A stretch of 64,000 nt of DNA from Eledone cirrhosa (taxonomy: Eukaryota), in contig OZ024761.1 in NCBI GenBank assembly GCA_964016885.1, positions 27,466,001 to 27,530,000 of the forward strand. The letters run 5' to 3'. Within the stretch, counting starts at the first letter, position 1. Each line of letters begins with the position of its first letter. The notes below the pieces were generated by a model. That model was not told the DNA's origin, did not search any database, and worked only from the letters and a program-made list of their open reading frames with translations. A program made the position numbers and the translations under genes. Positions 44,543 through 58,719 of this stretch are shown one piece after another.

Positions 44543-45211
44543 AAGTACCGGTTGCTCTCCGACAGGTTTGCGGTCGTGCGCTTGGCAGTGGAAACCTCTG
44601 GTGTCCTTGGCCCTAGGGCGACTTCCCTACACACTACCATAGGCGCTGAGCTGCCCCCCCCCCCCGCAGTTGTGAGCCTCGCGAGTTGGAATGGCTCTTT
44701 CAACGCATCTTGCTTACCATACTCCGGGGAAACGCCTTCTCCATTCTGTCCGCCGGGGCTGTGGGTGGGGTCGTGAGGCCAGCACGTGGGGATCCATTTG
44801 CCCACCATTCAGAGAGATGGGGAAGGCGAGAGAGATGGAGGCGATGACAGTGGGAGTTCGGCTCTTCCACGTTGGGACCAGATCCTTGTGGTGGCGAGAT
44901 GGAGGCGATGACAGTGGGAGTTCGGCTCTTCCACGTTGGGACCAGATCCTTGTGGTGGCGAGATGGAGGCGATGACAGTGGGAGTTCGGCTCTTCCACGT
45001 TGGGACCAGATCCTTGTGGTGGCGAGATGGAGGCAATGACAGTGGGAGTTCGGCTCTTCCACGTTGGGACCAGATCCTTGTGGTGGCGAGATGGAGGCGA
45101 TGGCAGTGGGAGTTCGGCTCTTCCACGTTCGGACCAGATCCTTGTGGTGGCGAGATGGAGGCGATGACAGTGGGGGTTCGGCTCTTCCACGTTGGGACCA
45201 GATCCTTGTGG
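44543..45211 (+). mobile_element. CRE-like non-LTR retrotransposon 3' end (RLE domain C-terminus) with reiterated tail
   Basis: KYRLLSDRFAVVRLAVETSGVLGPRA, then after a frameshift EPRELEWLFQRILLTILRGNAFSILSAG...RWRR* (TGA 44845-44847). These match the AVETxG and FQRxSxAIxRGNA motifs of CRE-clade restriction-like endonucleases. Confidence 0.82.
44832..45211 (+). repeat. 64-bp tandem repeat x6 (CRE 3' terminal unit)
   Basis: Unit starts at 44832, 44896, 44960, 45024, 45088 and 45152. Confidence 0.93.
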
Positions 45212-45595
45212 TTGTGTCCATTATCTATATAGAAAATTATCTGGCATTTGGAACATAACTTAGGAAAGACTCCTACATTATAAGTGGAATTTAAACAATT
45301 TACTCCTTTTGTTACTATATATCAAGTAATCAACTATAATCAATAGTCAGTATAGTTAACTATAGTCAGCTATAGCTAACTATGGCTGACTATAGTCAAC
45401 GATAGTCACCTATAGATGACTATAGCTAGTATAGCTGAGCATCGAAACTTCACAAGTAGTAACGCTATGAGAGGGATGGTTCTGATCACGAACGTTCAAG
45501 CAATTATATCTATTTATTGCAGTTGTGCGTGGGATGAATACTTATCAAATGTAAATGTGTAGTACACACATACACATACACATATACACATATAC

Positions 45596-45642
<47 letters not shown>

Positions 45643-46547
45643 TACATATACACATACACACATACACATACATATACACATATACACAGACATATACACA
45701 TATACACATACACATACACACATACACATACACATACACATACACATACATATACACACATACACACATACACACACATACACATACACATACATATACA
45801 CATACACATACACATATACATACACATACACATACATACACACACGCATATACTGACATACACACTCACACACACACTGAAATACACACTGGCATACACA
45901 AAGGTATCACATACATACACACACACTGACATACATACATACACATACTGACATAGACACTCACATACACACTCACATACACACTCACATACACAAAGGT
46001 TTCACATACGCACACACACACACACACACTGACATACATACACACGCATACTGACATACACACGCACACACTCACATACACGCACACACTCACATACACA
46101 CTGACACACACAAAGGTAACTCACACACGCATACACACATACAAAGCCATCACATATACATACGCACTGACATTCACAAAGATATCACACACACACACGT
46201 AAAGGGATTACATACACGCACACGCACACTGGCACACACAAAGCCATCACATAGACGCTTACATACACACACACACAAACTCACACACTCTGATGCACAA
46301 AAACGTTACATACACACAGAGACATCACACACCAAGACATCACATACACACACACACGGTCAACACTCACACGCACAGACTGCCACACAAAAAGCCATCC
46401 CACAGACACATATATACATGCATATAGATCGATCAATTTTATCTATCGATATTTACATTTATCAATCTCTCTAATTACCGCTTTTCTTTTCTCCCCCTCT
46501 CTCTATACATACACACATAATCTTTCTTTTCCCTCCTCCCTCTCCCC

Positions 46548-46610
<63 letters not shown>

Positions 46611-46699
46611 TGGCTGCCAACTCGTTTTCGTGTACGGCCACTACTTTATAGCCATGTAGGAGAGCCCCTACCGATGCGCTCAACGAGTGTGACTTTTTA

Positions 46700-47215
46700 G
46701 TCCAGCCAGCGACTTGAAAACTCTGGTACAAACACTACACCTGTGACAATTATTGACACATAGTGCTGGGCCCATGGTACCATGTGATGACAAGTGCAGA
46801 GAGATCTCCAGATATAAAGTAATGCCTGTGCCGTGAAGCTTTTATAGTGAGCAAAGGCACTGCACAAAGCCAGTCAAACTCTCTTAACCAAGATGATATT
46901 TACCAAAAAGAAGAACAAGTCAACATCATTGGATACCATCAGGGTTGCAGGTGTTATATCAGAGTTTTCCTTCTCCTAGAATTGTGCCTTGACAAAGGCT
47001 AAGGGGTCATCTCTCCCGGTGATTTTGGATGGCCATTGACTCTTAAGAGCTCCTTTCTCTTTGACAGGTTTTGTTTTTAGTCCTACAGGATGTCCAAAGT
47101 CACCCTCCTCGCCAAGAAACCTTGATGGGGTTGCCAGTTTAGACGCCAACGACCCGACCATGAGACAGGTTGTACTGGGATACATGTTACCAGTAGCACC
47201 AACTGGTGACCTGAC
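46700..47215 (-). mobile_element. Possible RTE-type LINE 5' UTR fragment
   Basis: Minus strand has CTAGGAGAAGGAAAACTCTGA and CTGGCAACCCC, motifs I associate with RTE 5' regions. No ORF recognised. Confidence 0.35.
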
Positions 47216-47216
47216 C

Positions 47217-47314
<98 letters not shown>

Positions 47315-47460
47315 CGTAGGCATGACAGTGTGGATAAGCAGTTCACTTTGTCATCATGTAACTTCGGTTCAGTTCCAACCGTAAATATATATATATATAT
47401 ATATATACATATATAGTGACGAAACATAAGTCAATTGCATGAACTCATAATCCTTTATTT

Positions 47461-47508
47461 ACTGCTATATATATTTCGATGATAGCCATTCAAACCTCAT
47501 CAGGCAGT
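47461..47508 (-). ncRNA. Minimal type I hammerhead ribozyme
   Basis: ACTGC-CTGATGA-GGTTTGAATGGCTATCATC-GAAA-TATAT-ATA-GCAGT: stem I ACTGC/GCAGT, palindromic short stem III, AUA triplet. AATAAA just downstream. Confidence 0.72.
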
Positions 47509-47668
47509 TAGTCAGTTCTTAGTCTTAGATATGCCAGCTCTGTGTTTTTGGTGTTGATGGTATCAGAGCCTTGGGACATATATGTGTGTGTGTGTTTGTG
47601 TGTTAGCTATTTCAGAAGAAAAGACAAAGGAAAAAAAGAGTGCTCTATGTATAGAACAGAGCTATTTC

Positions 47669-47849
47669 ATTAGAAAGTGAACAACAATATATAATTACTC
47701 CATTACCAAAGGTTTCAGGACCCTAGACAATATTAACATATATCTAGATAACCTCTCTATCTGGTGAACGATTTAGACGTATATTAATATCGTCTAGGGT
47801 CCTGAAACCTCTCGTAATGGAGTAGTTATATATTGTGGTGTTCACTTTC

Positions 47850-47853
<4 letters not shown>
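47669..47853. mobile_element. Fold-back palindromic element, family C
   Basis: ~80-bp imperfect inverted arms. Each arm carries GGGTCCT-GAAAC-(CTCTC/CTTTG)-GTA-ATGGAG, resembling a hammerhead 3' half. Ends at (TA)n. Confidence 0.7.
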
Positions 47854-47888
<35 letters not shown>

Positions 47889-48263
47889 AACAACGAACAG
47901 CGGAGGACACGTTTCGCACCTCTCCGACAGATAAACTCCCCCCCCCCCGGAAAACCCCCCAGTTGATGGATGTGAATCCAAAATATAGGGATATAGGGAC
48001 AATTAAATCTCTCCCAAGGTAACTCTATCCCGTGTTATTATTTTTATTTTTACTCTCTTTCCTACGTTCTTCTACACACTATACATCTCATTCTACATTC
48101 ACTTACATCTCTCTCTTCACCACCGGATCTTGTTACCCGGAGAATTACTCATCTGCATTGTTGAGGCTTTCAAAACGATCTAAAGAAAATATATCTTATT
48201 ATTCCACAATGCTTCAAGCAAACTTCAATACTCCCTCTTTACCATATTTATTTTTTGATACCC

Positions 48264-48314
48264 AGATTCCTGATGATTTCTAAAGAATGAAACAGTTCTA
48301 GTCCTGTAGAATCT
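48264..48314 (+). ncRNA. Type I hammerhead ribozyme (Penelope pLTR family B)
   Basis: AGATTC-CTGATGA-TTTCTAAAGAAT-GAAAC-AG-TTCTAGTC-CT-GTA-GAATCT: complete core, 6-bp stem I, GUA triplet. Confidence 0.88.
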
Positions 48315-48332
48315 CATCTATATTAAAACTTA

Positions 48333-48407
<75 letters not shown>

Positions 48408-48415
48408 GAATGACA

Positions 48416-48447
<32 letters not shown>

Positions 48448-48459
48448 GGAACGAGTAGG

Positions 48460-48555
48460 ACCCCGACGGCTGAGCTCAAGCCGTTTCGACGGCTAATTCT
48501 GGACTAAATGGACATTTTTATCCTGGTATATGAATAGCCGAGCTTCTCAGGGGGT
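48460..48555 (-). ncRNA. Hammerhead-like motif with CUGAGA core and long stem II (non-palindromic parent form of family A)
   Basis: ACCCC-CTGAGA-AGCT-CGGCTATTC...GAATTAGCCG-TC-GAAAC-GGCT-TGAGCTC-AGCC-GTC-GGGGT. Stems I, II and III pair, but the core deviates from CUGANGA. Confidence 0.6.
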
Positions 48556-48803
48556 AATTCCATATATGGTAAAAGTGATTGTCACAAGGATTGGTCAAAA
48601 GTTTGTTGTTGAGACACATGATTCTATCATGGCAATTTGTGGAAGGAAGTGCTAGCTGAACCTGCCAGTAGAAGAAAGAGGGAGAGGGAGTGGAGGAAAC
48701 CCAGTCGTGCTTTGATAATGCCAACTACAGCAGGATCCTAAGGGCAGGAGGTCAAGCAAGTATACTAGGGAGGGGGAGGGGGAGGAAGTCGAAACAATAA
48801 GTA

Positions 48804-49003
48804 NNNNNNNNNNNNNNNNNNNNNNNNNNNNNNNNNNNNNNNNNNNNNNNNNNNNNNNNNNNNNNNNNNNNNNNNNNNNNNNNNNNNNNNNNNNNNNNNN
48901 NNNNNNNNNNNNNNNNNNNNNNNNNNNNNNNNNNNNNNNNNNNNNNNNNNNNNNNNNNNNNNNNNNNNNNNNNNNNNNNNNNNNNNNNNNNNNNNNNNNN
49001 NNN
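48804..49003. other. Assembly gap (200 N)
   Basis: Run of N. Confidence 1.
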
Positions 49004-50957
<1,954 letters not shown>

Positions 50958-51041
50958 ACGTTATTCCGGGTTGAATCGGAGGTAACCACAGTGAGGGAGG
51001 TACTCAATACATAGCAGAGTATAAAAGTTTTAATATAGATG

Positions 51042-51092
51042 AGATTCTACAGGACTAGAACTGTTTCATTCATTAGAAATCATCAGGAATCT
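51042..51092 (-). ncRNA. Type I hammerhead ribozyme (family B)
   Basis: Identical to 48264-48314 except one loop-II base (TAAT vs TAAA). Confidence 0.88.
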
Positions 51093-51637
51093 GGGTATCA
51101 AAAAATAAAAATGGTATTTATAGGTCTCTACAAGTGGTAGGAGAGGGTGGGGAGTGGGATGGGTGTAGGTCATTGGTTGATAGAAAAGGGAATTCATTAA
51201 AAGCTAATTCTACAAAGCTATAGTTTATTTTTATTTATTTATGTTTTTAGAGTAACAAGGGCAGACAGAATTCTATAAACAGGTTCCGGATGGTATACCA
51301 TTCCTTGTCATTAAGTTTCTCTTAAGCAAACAGATGTCTATAAGATCAGTGGGGGGTCAGTCATGGTCGATAGAATTAAAGAAAAGGGAGATTCTTTAAA
51401 AGCTAATATCATTAAGGTTCTACTAAGTGATAAAGGTCTAGAGAATTCTGTAGACAGATTCAAAATACTGAGTGCATATCTTACAATTATCTTCGAACTT
51501 CTCTTAAACTAATCAACGATACTTTTATACTCTGCTATGTATTGAGTACCTTACTTACTGTGGTTACCTCCGATTCAACCCGGAATAACGTACATTTTAG
51601 CACTCTCTGTGCCCCTTATAACCATCATCAAGAAACC

Positions 51638-51853
51638 ATGCTGACCAAACTCGACCTTGATATTTCCTTGAAGAACATCCCTATCCCTCCAAGGAAACTA
51701 TACTTAAAAACACTCATCAGACGTACCGACGAGTTCATCAAGCGAATTAGATGGAGGGCCTTCTTCCTCAACAACCCTGATGTAGCATCTACCAATGATG
51801 AGAAGTTCGGCTTCAAAACGAATAAGACACCACCCACCAACAGCCTACTCCAA
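51638..51853 (+). pseudogene. Penelope-like element ORF N-terminus, truncated by CRE sequence
   Basis: MLTKLDLDISLKNIPIPPRKLYLKTLIRRTDEFIKRIRWRAFF...FGFKTNKTPP matches the SLKNIP...FIKRMRWxAFF...(Y/F)GFK start of PLE ORFs. Confidence 0.78.
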
Positions 51854-52277
51854 CATCGCCTCCATCTCTCTCTCGCCCTCCCCATCTCTCACAAGTACAT
51901 CAGGTCCGAATACAGAGGAGCTGAACTCCCAGTGTCATCGCCTCCATCTCTCTCTCGCCCTCCCCATCTCTCACAAGTACACCAGGTCCGAATACAGAGG
52001 AGCGGAACTCCCACTGTCATCGCCTCCATCTCTCTCTCGCCCTCCCCATCTCTCACAAGTACACCAGGTCCGAATACAGAGGAGCTGAACTCCTACTGTC
52101 ATCGCCTCCATCTCTCTCTCGCCCTCCCCATCTCTCACAAGTACACCAGGTCCGAATACAGAGGAGCTGAACTCCTATTGTCATCGGCTCCATCGCTCTC
52201 GCCCTCTCCGTATGGTGAGCAAATGGGGTCCCACGTTCTGGCCTACCCACAGCCCCGGTGGACAGAATGGTGAAGGT
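51854..52277 (-). mobile_element. CRE-like 3' fragment with 82-bp terminal unit reiterated ~4.3x
   Basis: Reverse complement of the 44735-44880 region. Unit starts on + at 51854, 51936, 52018, 52100 and 52182. Confidence 0.8.
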
Positions 52278-52280
52278 TGT

Positions 52281-52527
52281 ACCACCATCTTGCTCGTGGT
52301 CTGCCTCTGCGCCTCCTGCCAGTTGGATTTGCCGTTAAAATTTATCCACCGATTTTTACCGCACTTCTGTATTACTAGAACTATAGTCACTCGAGTGAGA
52401 CCATCTAAGCCTATGGATGTTAAACCACCATCTTGCTCGTGGTCTCCCTCTGCCTGTTAGCTTTGCCGTTAAAATTTATTTAGCGATTTTAACCGCACGT
52501 CCGTATTACTAGAAGTATGATCACTCG
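52281..52527. repeat. ~110-bp diverged direct duplication
   Basis: ACCACCATCTTGCTCGTGGTCT...TTGCCGTTAAAATTTAT...GTATTACTAGAA..TCACTCG at 52281 and 52424. Confidence 0.8.
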
Positions 52528-53211
52528 TGTAACATTTTGTTGTTATTATTCTCCGTTGGAATTCATTTATCAATTTTCTGATTTCCTTAACATTGCATTT
52601 ACTTGTTACTGTTCTTCTCCATATTTTATCGTCACTGAAATCCAATTTGTCTTATAAGATAAATTTATGCTGCCTCTAAAAAATGTCTATCGTTTCTCTG
52701 CAGAGATCTTCAGGGTAACTGACAATATTATTCATTGCTCTACATATAATTTGTGACTTCTACAGACTACTTTTCTGACAATTTCTAAAGATCGTACACT
52801 TACGCTAACAACACTTTCTTCTCTTCATTTCTTGAATCTATATTTGATCTCTGTTGTAAGCATTTGGTGATCTGCTACAAAATGATACCTTCAGTTAGTT
52901 TTTGGCAGCTTAAACAGAACTGCACTATTTCATTTCATATTTAGCGATTATGAAATAAATTTGATTAGGGCAATGTGACACCGGGTGATATCCAAGTATG
53001 TCTTCTTTTTGGATTGTCAAAATAAGTGTCGTTTAAGGATATCACCCCCCCCCCCCTACACAGACACACACGCACACACTCTCTCTCTGTCTCTCACACA
53101 TACACACATATTGTCACCTTAATAAGCTAAACTGCGTCGCCAGCAAAATGGCTGAAGAAGTGAGGGTGCATCTGTCATTTGTCCAATGTAACTGTGAGGA
53201 TTTTCTCCTGA

Positions 53212-53254
<43 letters not shown>

Positions 53255-53310
53255 TATATAGCAGATAGCTATCTATGAATGCGTATATAAGAGAGAGAGA
53301 GAGAGAGAAA

Positions 53311-53365
<55 letters not shown>

Positions 53366-53492
53366 GCGTCTGTGTGTGTAAATGTGTAAGCATATATGTA
53401 TAAATGTGTGACTATATGGTTATTTATCTATGAATGTGTATATTCACACTTCAATTTCATAACTTACTATGAGTTATCATGATGGAATTGAC

Positions 53493-53550
<58 letters not shown>

Positions 53551-53560
53551 ATGTATATAT

Positions 53561-53593
<33 letters not shown>

Positions 53594-53641
53594 TTAATAA
53601 TACGGAAACAGAGAGACGGCTCCCTCTCCCCCCTCCCTCTC

Positions 53642-53718
<77 letters not shown>

Positions 53719-53871
53719 TATGTATATATGTTATGTATATGTGTATATATATATGTATGTATATAAATATATATATATATGTATATATGTATATATAAAT
53801 ATATATATATATGTATATATATATATGTGTATATATATATATATATATATACATATATATACATATATATA

Positions 53872-53905
<34 letters not shown>

Positions 53906-53956
53906 CATATATATACATATATATATATGTACATGTGTATATATATATATATACAC

Positions 53957-54016
<60 letters not shown>

Positions 54017-54211
54017 GTATATATATATATATATATATAGATATAGATAGGTAAATATACACGGGTGTGTATGATTGTGTATAGAAGATTATATTAATAA
54101 GAGGAATTCCAACTTTGTCTGATTTACTCGTTTTATTTACAATCCTTTAAAATATATATAATGGTATTCTAATGAAATAGTATGATAGAATATTAAATTC
54201 TAAGTGTTAAT

Positions 54212-54250
54212 TGAACAAGTACTTTCATGCTTTCGCAATCTTCAGGTTCA
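54212..54250 (-). ncRNA. Minimal type I hammerhead ribozyme (left arm)
   Basis: Reverse complement of 54323-54361. Confidence 0.75.
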
Positions 54251-54322
54251 TGATATGTGGTGACAGTCGAGTTTGCAATTTTCACAGTTGAAAATTGCAA
54301 ACTCGACTGTCACCACATATCA

Positions 54323-54361
54323 TGAACCTGAAGATTGCGAAAGCATGAAAGTACTTGTTCA
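54323..54361 (+). ncRNA. Minimal type I hammerhead ribozyme (right arm)
   Basis: TGAAC-CTGAAGA-T-TGC-GAAA-GCA-T-GAAA-GTA-CTT-GTTCA: GNRA-capped stem II, palindromic AAGTACTT stem III (dimer type), CUU triplet. Confidence 0.75.
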
Positions 54362-54562
54362 ATTAACACTTAGAATTTAATATTCTATCATACTATTTCA
54401 TTATAATACCATTATATATATTTTAAAGGATTGTAAATAAAACGAGTAAATCAGACAAAGTTGGAATTCCTCTTATTAATATATATATATATATACACAT
54501 ATATATATATACATATATATATATATTTATATACATACATATATATATACACATATACATAA

Positions 54563-54635
<73 letters not shown>

Positions 54636-54994
54636 GAGAGGGAGGGGGTAGAGGAAACGTCTCTCTGTTTCCGTATTATTAAAATAGGAAAATGTCCCTC
54701 TAGGCGTAAAATAGAAAATAGACTTGTGTAGAAGGGAAATATATTCAGTGGCTTTGCAATATTTCATAGTCCAGCACTTTATTGTGTGGGAAAAGATTGA
54801 GTGATAAAGTGAGAAGGCCGAATACATGTATGAGTTGTTGTGAAAATAAAATGGAAGTCAGCGTTGATATCACGTTCTTGATAGACAGACACACATATTG
54901 ATGATGAGTACCCAGATTGTAGGATTAATTTTTTTCGTTTTTCTTTTGGTCGTATTTTTATTTGCTTTATTGGTAGATTTACACACACATACAC

Positions 54995-55375
54995 ACACAC
55001 ACCACGCAACGCCACGCCACGCCACGCCACGCCACGCCACACACACACACACACGCCACGTCACGCCACGCTACGCCGCGCCACGCCACGCCACGCCACA
55101 CACACACACCACGCCACGCCACGCCACGCCACGCCACGCCACGCCACACACACACACACACACCACGCCACGCCACGCCACACACACACCACGCCACGCC
55201 ACGCCACGCACACACACACGCCACGTCACGCCACGCTACGCCACACCACGCCACGCCACACACACACACACACACGCCACGTCACGCCACGCTACGCCGC
55301 GCCACGCCACGCCACGCCACACACACACACACACACACCACGCCACGCCACGCCACGCCACGCCACACACACACA
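54995..55375. repeat. (GCCAC)n pentanucleotide interleaved with (CA)n
   Basis: Direct reading. Confidence 0.92.
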
Positions 55376-55454
55376 TACATGTAGAATTACACACAGAGAT
55401 GAGACACAGACACGTGTAGAATGACACACAGACGAATGTCATCACTACAACACA

Positions 55455-56763
55455 CACAGCTACAATTAGATTTACACATTTATACACTAAATTTACACAC
55501 AGACGTATCTCATCTCTACCCACAGCTACAATTAGATTTACACATCTATATACTAGATTTACACACAGACGTATCTCATCATTAGACACAGCTACAATTA
55601 GATTTACACATCTATATACTAGATTTATACACAGACGGATCTAATCTCTCTACACACACAGCTACAATTAGATTTACACATCTATATACTAAATTTACAC
55701 ACAGACGGATCTGATCTCTCTACACACACAGCTACAATTAGATTTACACATCTATATACTAGATTTACACACAGACGGATCTGATCTCTCTACACACACA
55801 GATACAATTAGATTTACACATCTATATACTAGATTTACACACAGACGGATCTGATCTCTCTACACACACAGATACAATTAGATTTACACATCTATATACT
55901 AGATTTACACACAGACGGATCTGATCTCTACACACACAGATACAATTAGATTTACACATCTATATACTAGATTTACACACAGACGGATCTGATCTCTCTA
56001 CACACACAGATACAATTAGATTTACACATCTATATACTAGATTTACACACAGACGGATCTGATCTCTCTACACACAGATACAATTAGATTTACACATCTA
56101 TATACTAGATTTACACACAGACGGATCTGATCTCTCTACACACAGCTACAATTAGATTTACACATCTATATACTAGATTTACACACAGACGGATCTGATC
56201 TCTCTATACACACAGCTACAATTAGATTTACACATATATATACTAGATTTACACACAGACGGATCTGATCTCTCTACACACACAGCTACAATTAGATTTA
56301 CACATCTATATACTAGATTTACACACAGACGGATCTGATCTCTCTACACACACAGCTACAATTAGATTTACACATCTATATACTAGATTTACACACATAC
56401 GGATCTGATCTCTCTACACTACACACACAGCTACAATTATATTTACACATCTATATACTAGATTTACACACAGACGTATCTCATCATTACACACAGCTAC
56501 AATTAGATTTACACATCTATATACTAGATTTACACACAGACGTATCTCATCATTACACACAGCTACAATTAGATTTACACATCTATATACTAGATTTACA
56601 CACAGACGTATCTAATCATTACACACAGCTACAATTATATTTACACATCTATATACTAGATTTACACACACACGTATCTAATCTCTCTACACACACAGCT
56701 ACAATTAGATTTACACATCTATATACTAGATTTACACACAAACGGATTTGATCTCTCTACACA
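55455..56763. repeat. ~62-75-bp minisatellite, ~19 copies
   Basis: Unit CAGCTACAATTAGATTTACACATCTATATACTAGATTTACACACAGACGGATCTGATCTCTCTA(CA)n. Confidence 0.93.
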
Positions 56764-56767
56764 AATC

Positions 56768-56928
56768 TACGATACAGCTTAGCACCAGTGACGTCGCAAC
56801 TCATTTCTACAGCTGAGTAAACTGAAGCAACGTGAAATAAAGTGTCTTGCTCAAGGACACAACGCGTCACCCGGTACGTGAATCGACCCCACAACCTGCT
56901 GATTGCAAGCCCAATGCTCTAACCATTA
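56768..56928 (-). mobile_element. tRNA-derived SINE, second family (CORE/V-like domain)
   Basis: Minus strand TAATGGTTAGAGC...GGGTCGATTC head followed by GTGTCCTTGAGCAAGACACTT...ACTCAGCTG. Confidence 0.75.
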
Positions 56929-57020
56929 AATACGTGTGTATACATCTATACAAATAAATACATCTATACAATATTAAATATGTGTGTATACATTTATATA
57001 AATAAATAAATAAATAAATA

Positions 57021-57111
<91 letters not shown>

Positions 57112-57113
57112 AT

Positions 57114-57231
57114 AACAAAGGAATTGTGGTAAGGAACCAGATGGACCACAACGCACCAGAGTACTCAATACTTAGTGTATAGCCGTCGAAACGGCTTGAG
57201 CTCTGCCGTCGGGGTCATACTTTTTCCCTAT
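57114..57231 (-). mobile_element. Fold-back element family A with central hairpin deleted
   Basis: On the minus strand the outer left arm is joined directly to the tail. Confidence 0.75.
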
Positions 57232-57256
57232 TATATGTGTGTATATATATATATAT

Positions 57257-57376
57257 GTTTATCCCGGGTTCAATCGGGGGTAAGCACACTAAGTAAGGTA
57301 CTCCATACGTAGCAGAGTATAAATAAGAGCTTCATGATGATTTCTCCTAATGAAATAGTTTTAGTCTTGTAGAAGC
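57257..57376. mobile_element. Family B pLTR remnant with decayed, inverted hammerhead
   Basis: The tail matches 50960-51025, followed by GCTTC-ATGATGA-TTTCTCCTAAT-GAAAT-AGTTTTAGTCTT-GTA-GAAGC (57329-57376). Confidence 0.65.
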
Positions 57377-57377
57377 C

Positions 57378-57433
<56 letters not shown>

Positions 57434-57655
57434 ATATATATATATATATATATACACAAATATACTCACGCTTATCTATATATATCGGTGCAGTCTGGTG
57501 TGTATAGGGGTATAGGGTGTATTATAATTATAAGATTAAATTGTTTGCTCAATCTTGTCAGTTATTTGCCTTATCTTGCAATTTGATTTGTCTTGGTATT
57601 TATAGTGTATGTGTGTGTATGTAGGTGTGTTTATGTATGCATGTGTGTGTAAATG

Positions 57656-57700
<45 letters not shown>

Positions 57701-57810
57701 ATAAATGTATATGATTATACGTACACATATATATATATGTATATAAATGTATATGATTATACGTACACATATATATATATGTATATAAATATATATAATT
57801 ATACGTACAT

Positions 57811-57864
<54 letters not shown>

Positions 57865-58086
57865 AAATGTATATTATTATACGTATATATATATATATAT
57901 ATTTTATTTATCCGCTACTATTTGAATCTTTGTGACGTGTAGCTATCGTCTTGTGATTGAGAAGATCGTTTCGTCATCACGTGGTCCGGGTTCCGATCCC
58001 AACGTGCGGTACATTGGGCCAGCATCTTGTCTAGTAGCTTCGAAAAGAAGAAATACAAATTCAAAGAGAGAAATGATTGAAGTAAA

Positions 58087-58610
58087 ATAATGGTTTCTTA
58101 TTTAGGTACAAGGCCAGCAATTTTGGGTGAGGGGAAAGTCGATTAAATCGATCCCATTGCATTACTGGTGCTTTATTTTATCGACCTCGTAAGGATGAAA
58201 GGCAAAGCTAACCTCGGCGAGATTTGAACTCAGATCGTAAAGGGCCGTAATGCTATGTTGCAAAGAATGGTGTCCGACACTTTACCGATACTGCTAATAC
58301 ACCATTATCCCAGCAATTATCCCAGTACACTACTGGTACTTTATTTTATCGACCCGTAAGGATGAAAGGCAAAGTTAACCTCGGCGGAATTTGAAGTAAA
58401 ATAATGATTTCTAGTATAGGCACAAGGCGAGGGGAAAGTCGATTAAATCGACCCCAGTACGTTACTGGTGTTTTATTTTATCGACCTTGTAAGGATGAAA
58501 CGCAAAGCTAAGCTCGGCGGGATTTGAACTCAGATCATAAAGGGCCGTAACCCTATGCTGCAAAGAATGGTGTCCGACACTTTACCGATACTGCTAATAC
58601 ACCATTGTTT
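58087..58610 (-). mobile_element. Tandem cluster of tRNA-derived SINEs (two near-full, one partial)
   Basis: Three copies of the TACTGGT..TTTATTTTATCGACC..GTAAGGATGAAA core. Confidence 0.85.
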
Positions 58611-58641
58611 GAAGTAAAATAATAAAAAGATGGAACCTTAC

Positions 58642-58719
58642 CAGCAATCCGAAGAGGAACTTGTCCACCACAATTTTCAATGCTATTATCAATAATAAGA
58701 ACCACAACACCAACAACGA
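58642..58719 (-). CDS. Candidate 78-nt internal exon of an unidentified minus-strand gene
   Basis: Acceptor TTATTTTGCAG| and donor CTG|GTAAGG. Two open readings: SLLVLWFLLLIIALKIVVDKFLFGLL (TM-like, phase 0) or VVGVVVLIIDNSIENCGGQVPLRIA (phase 1). Confidence 0.6.

Larger units (their letters stand above)
54090..54483. mobile_element. Near-perfect ~394-bp palindrome carrying a hammerhead in each arm
   Basis: ~195-bp arms with one mismatch seen, and a 4-nt loop CAGT at 54285-54288. Confidence 0.93.

Noticed and set aside
52684-52720. CTGAAGA-TCTCTGCAGA-GAAAC on the minus strand
   Set aside because: Stem II forms, but stem I and stem III do not close properly.
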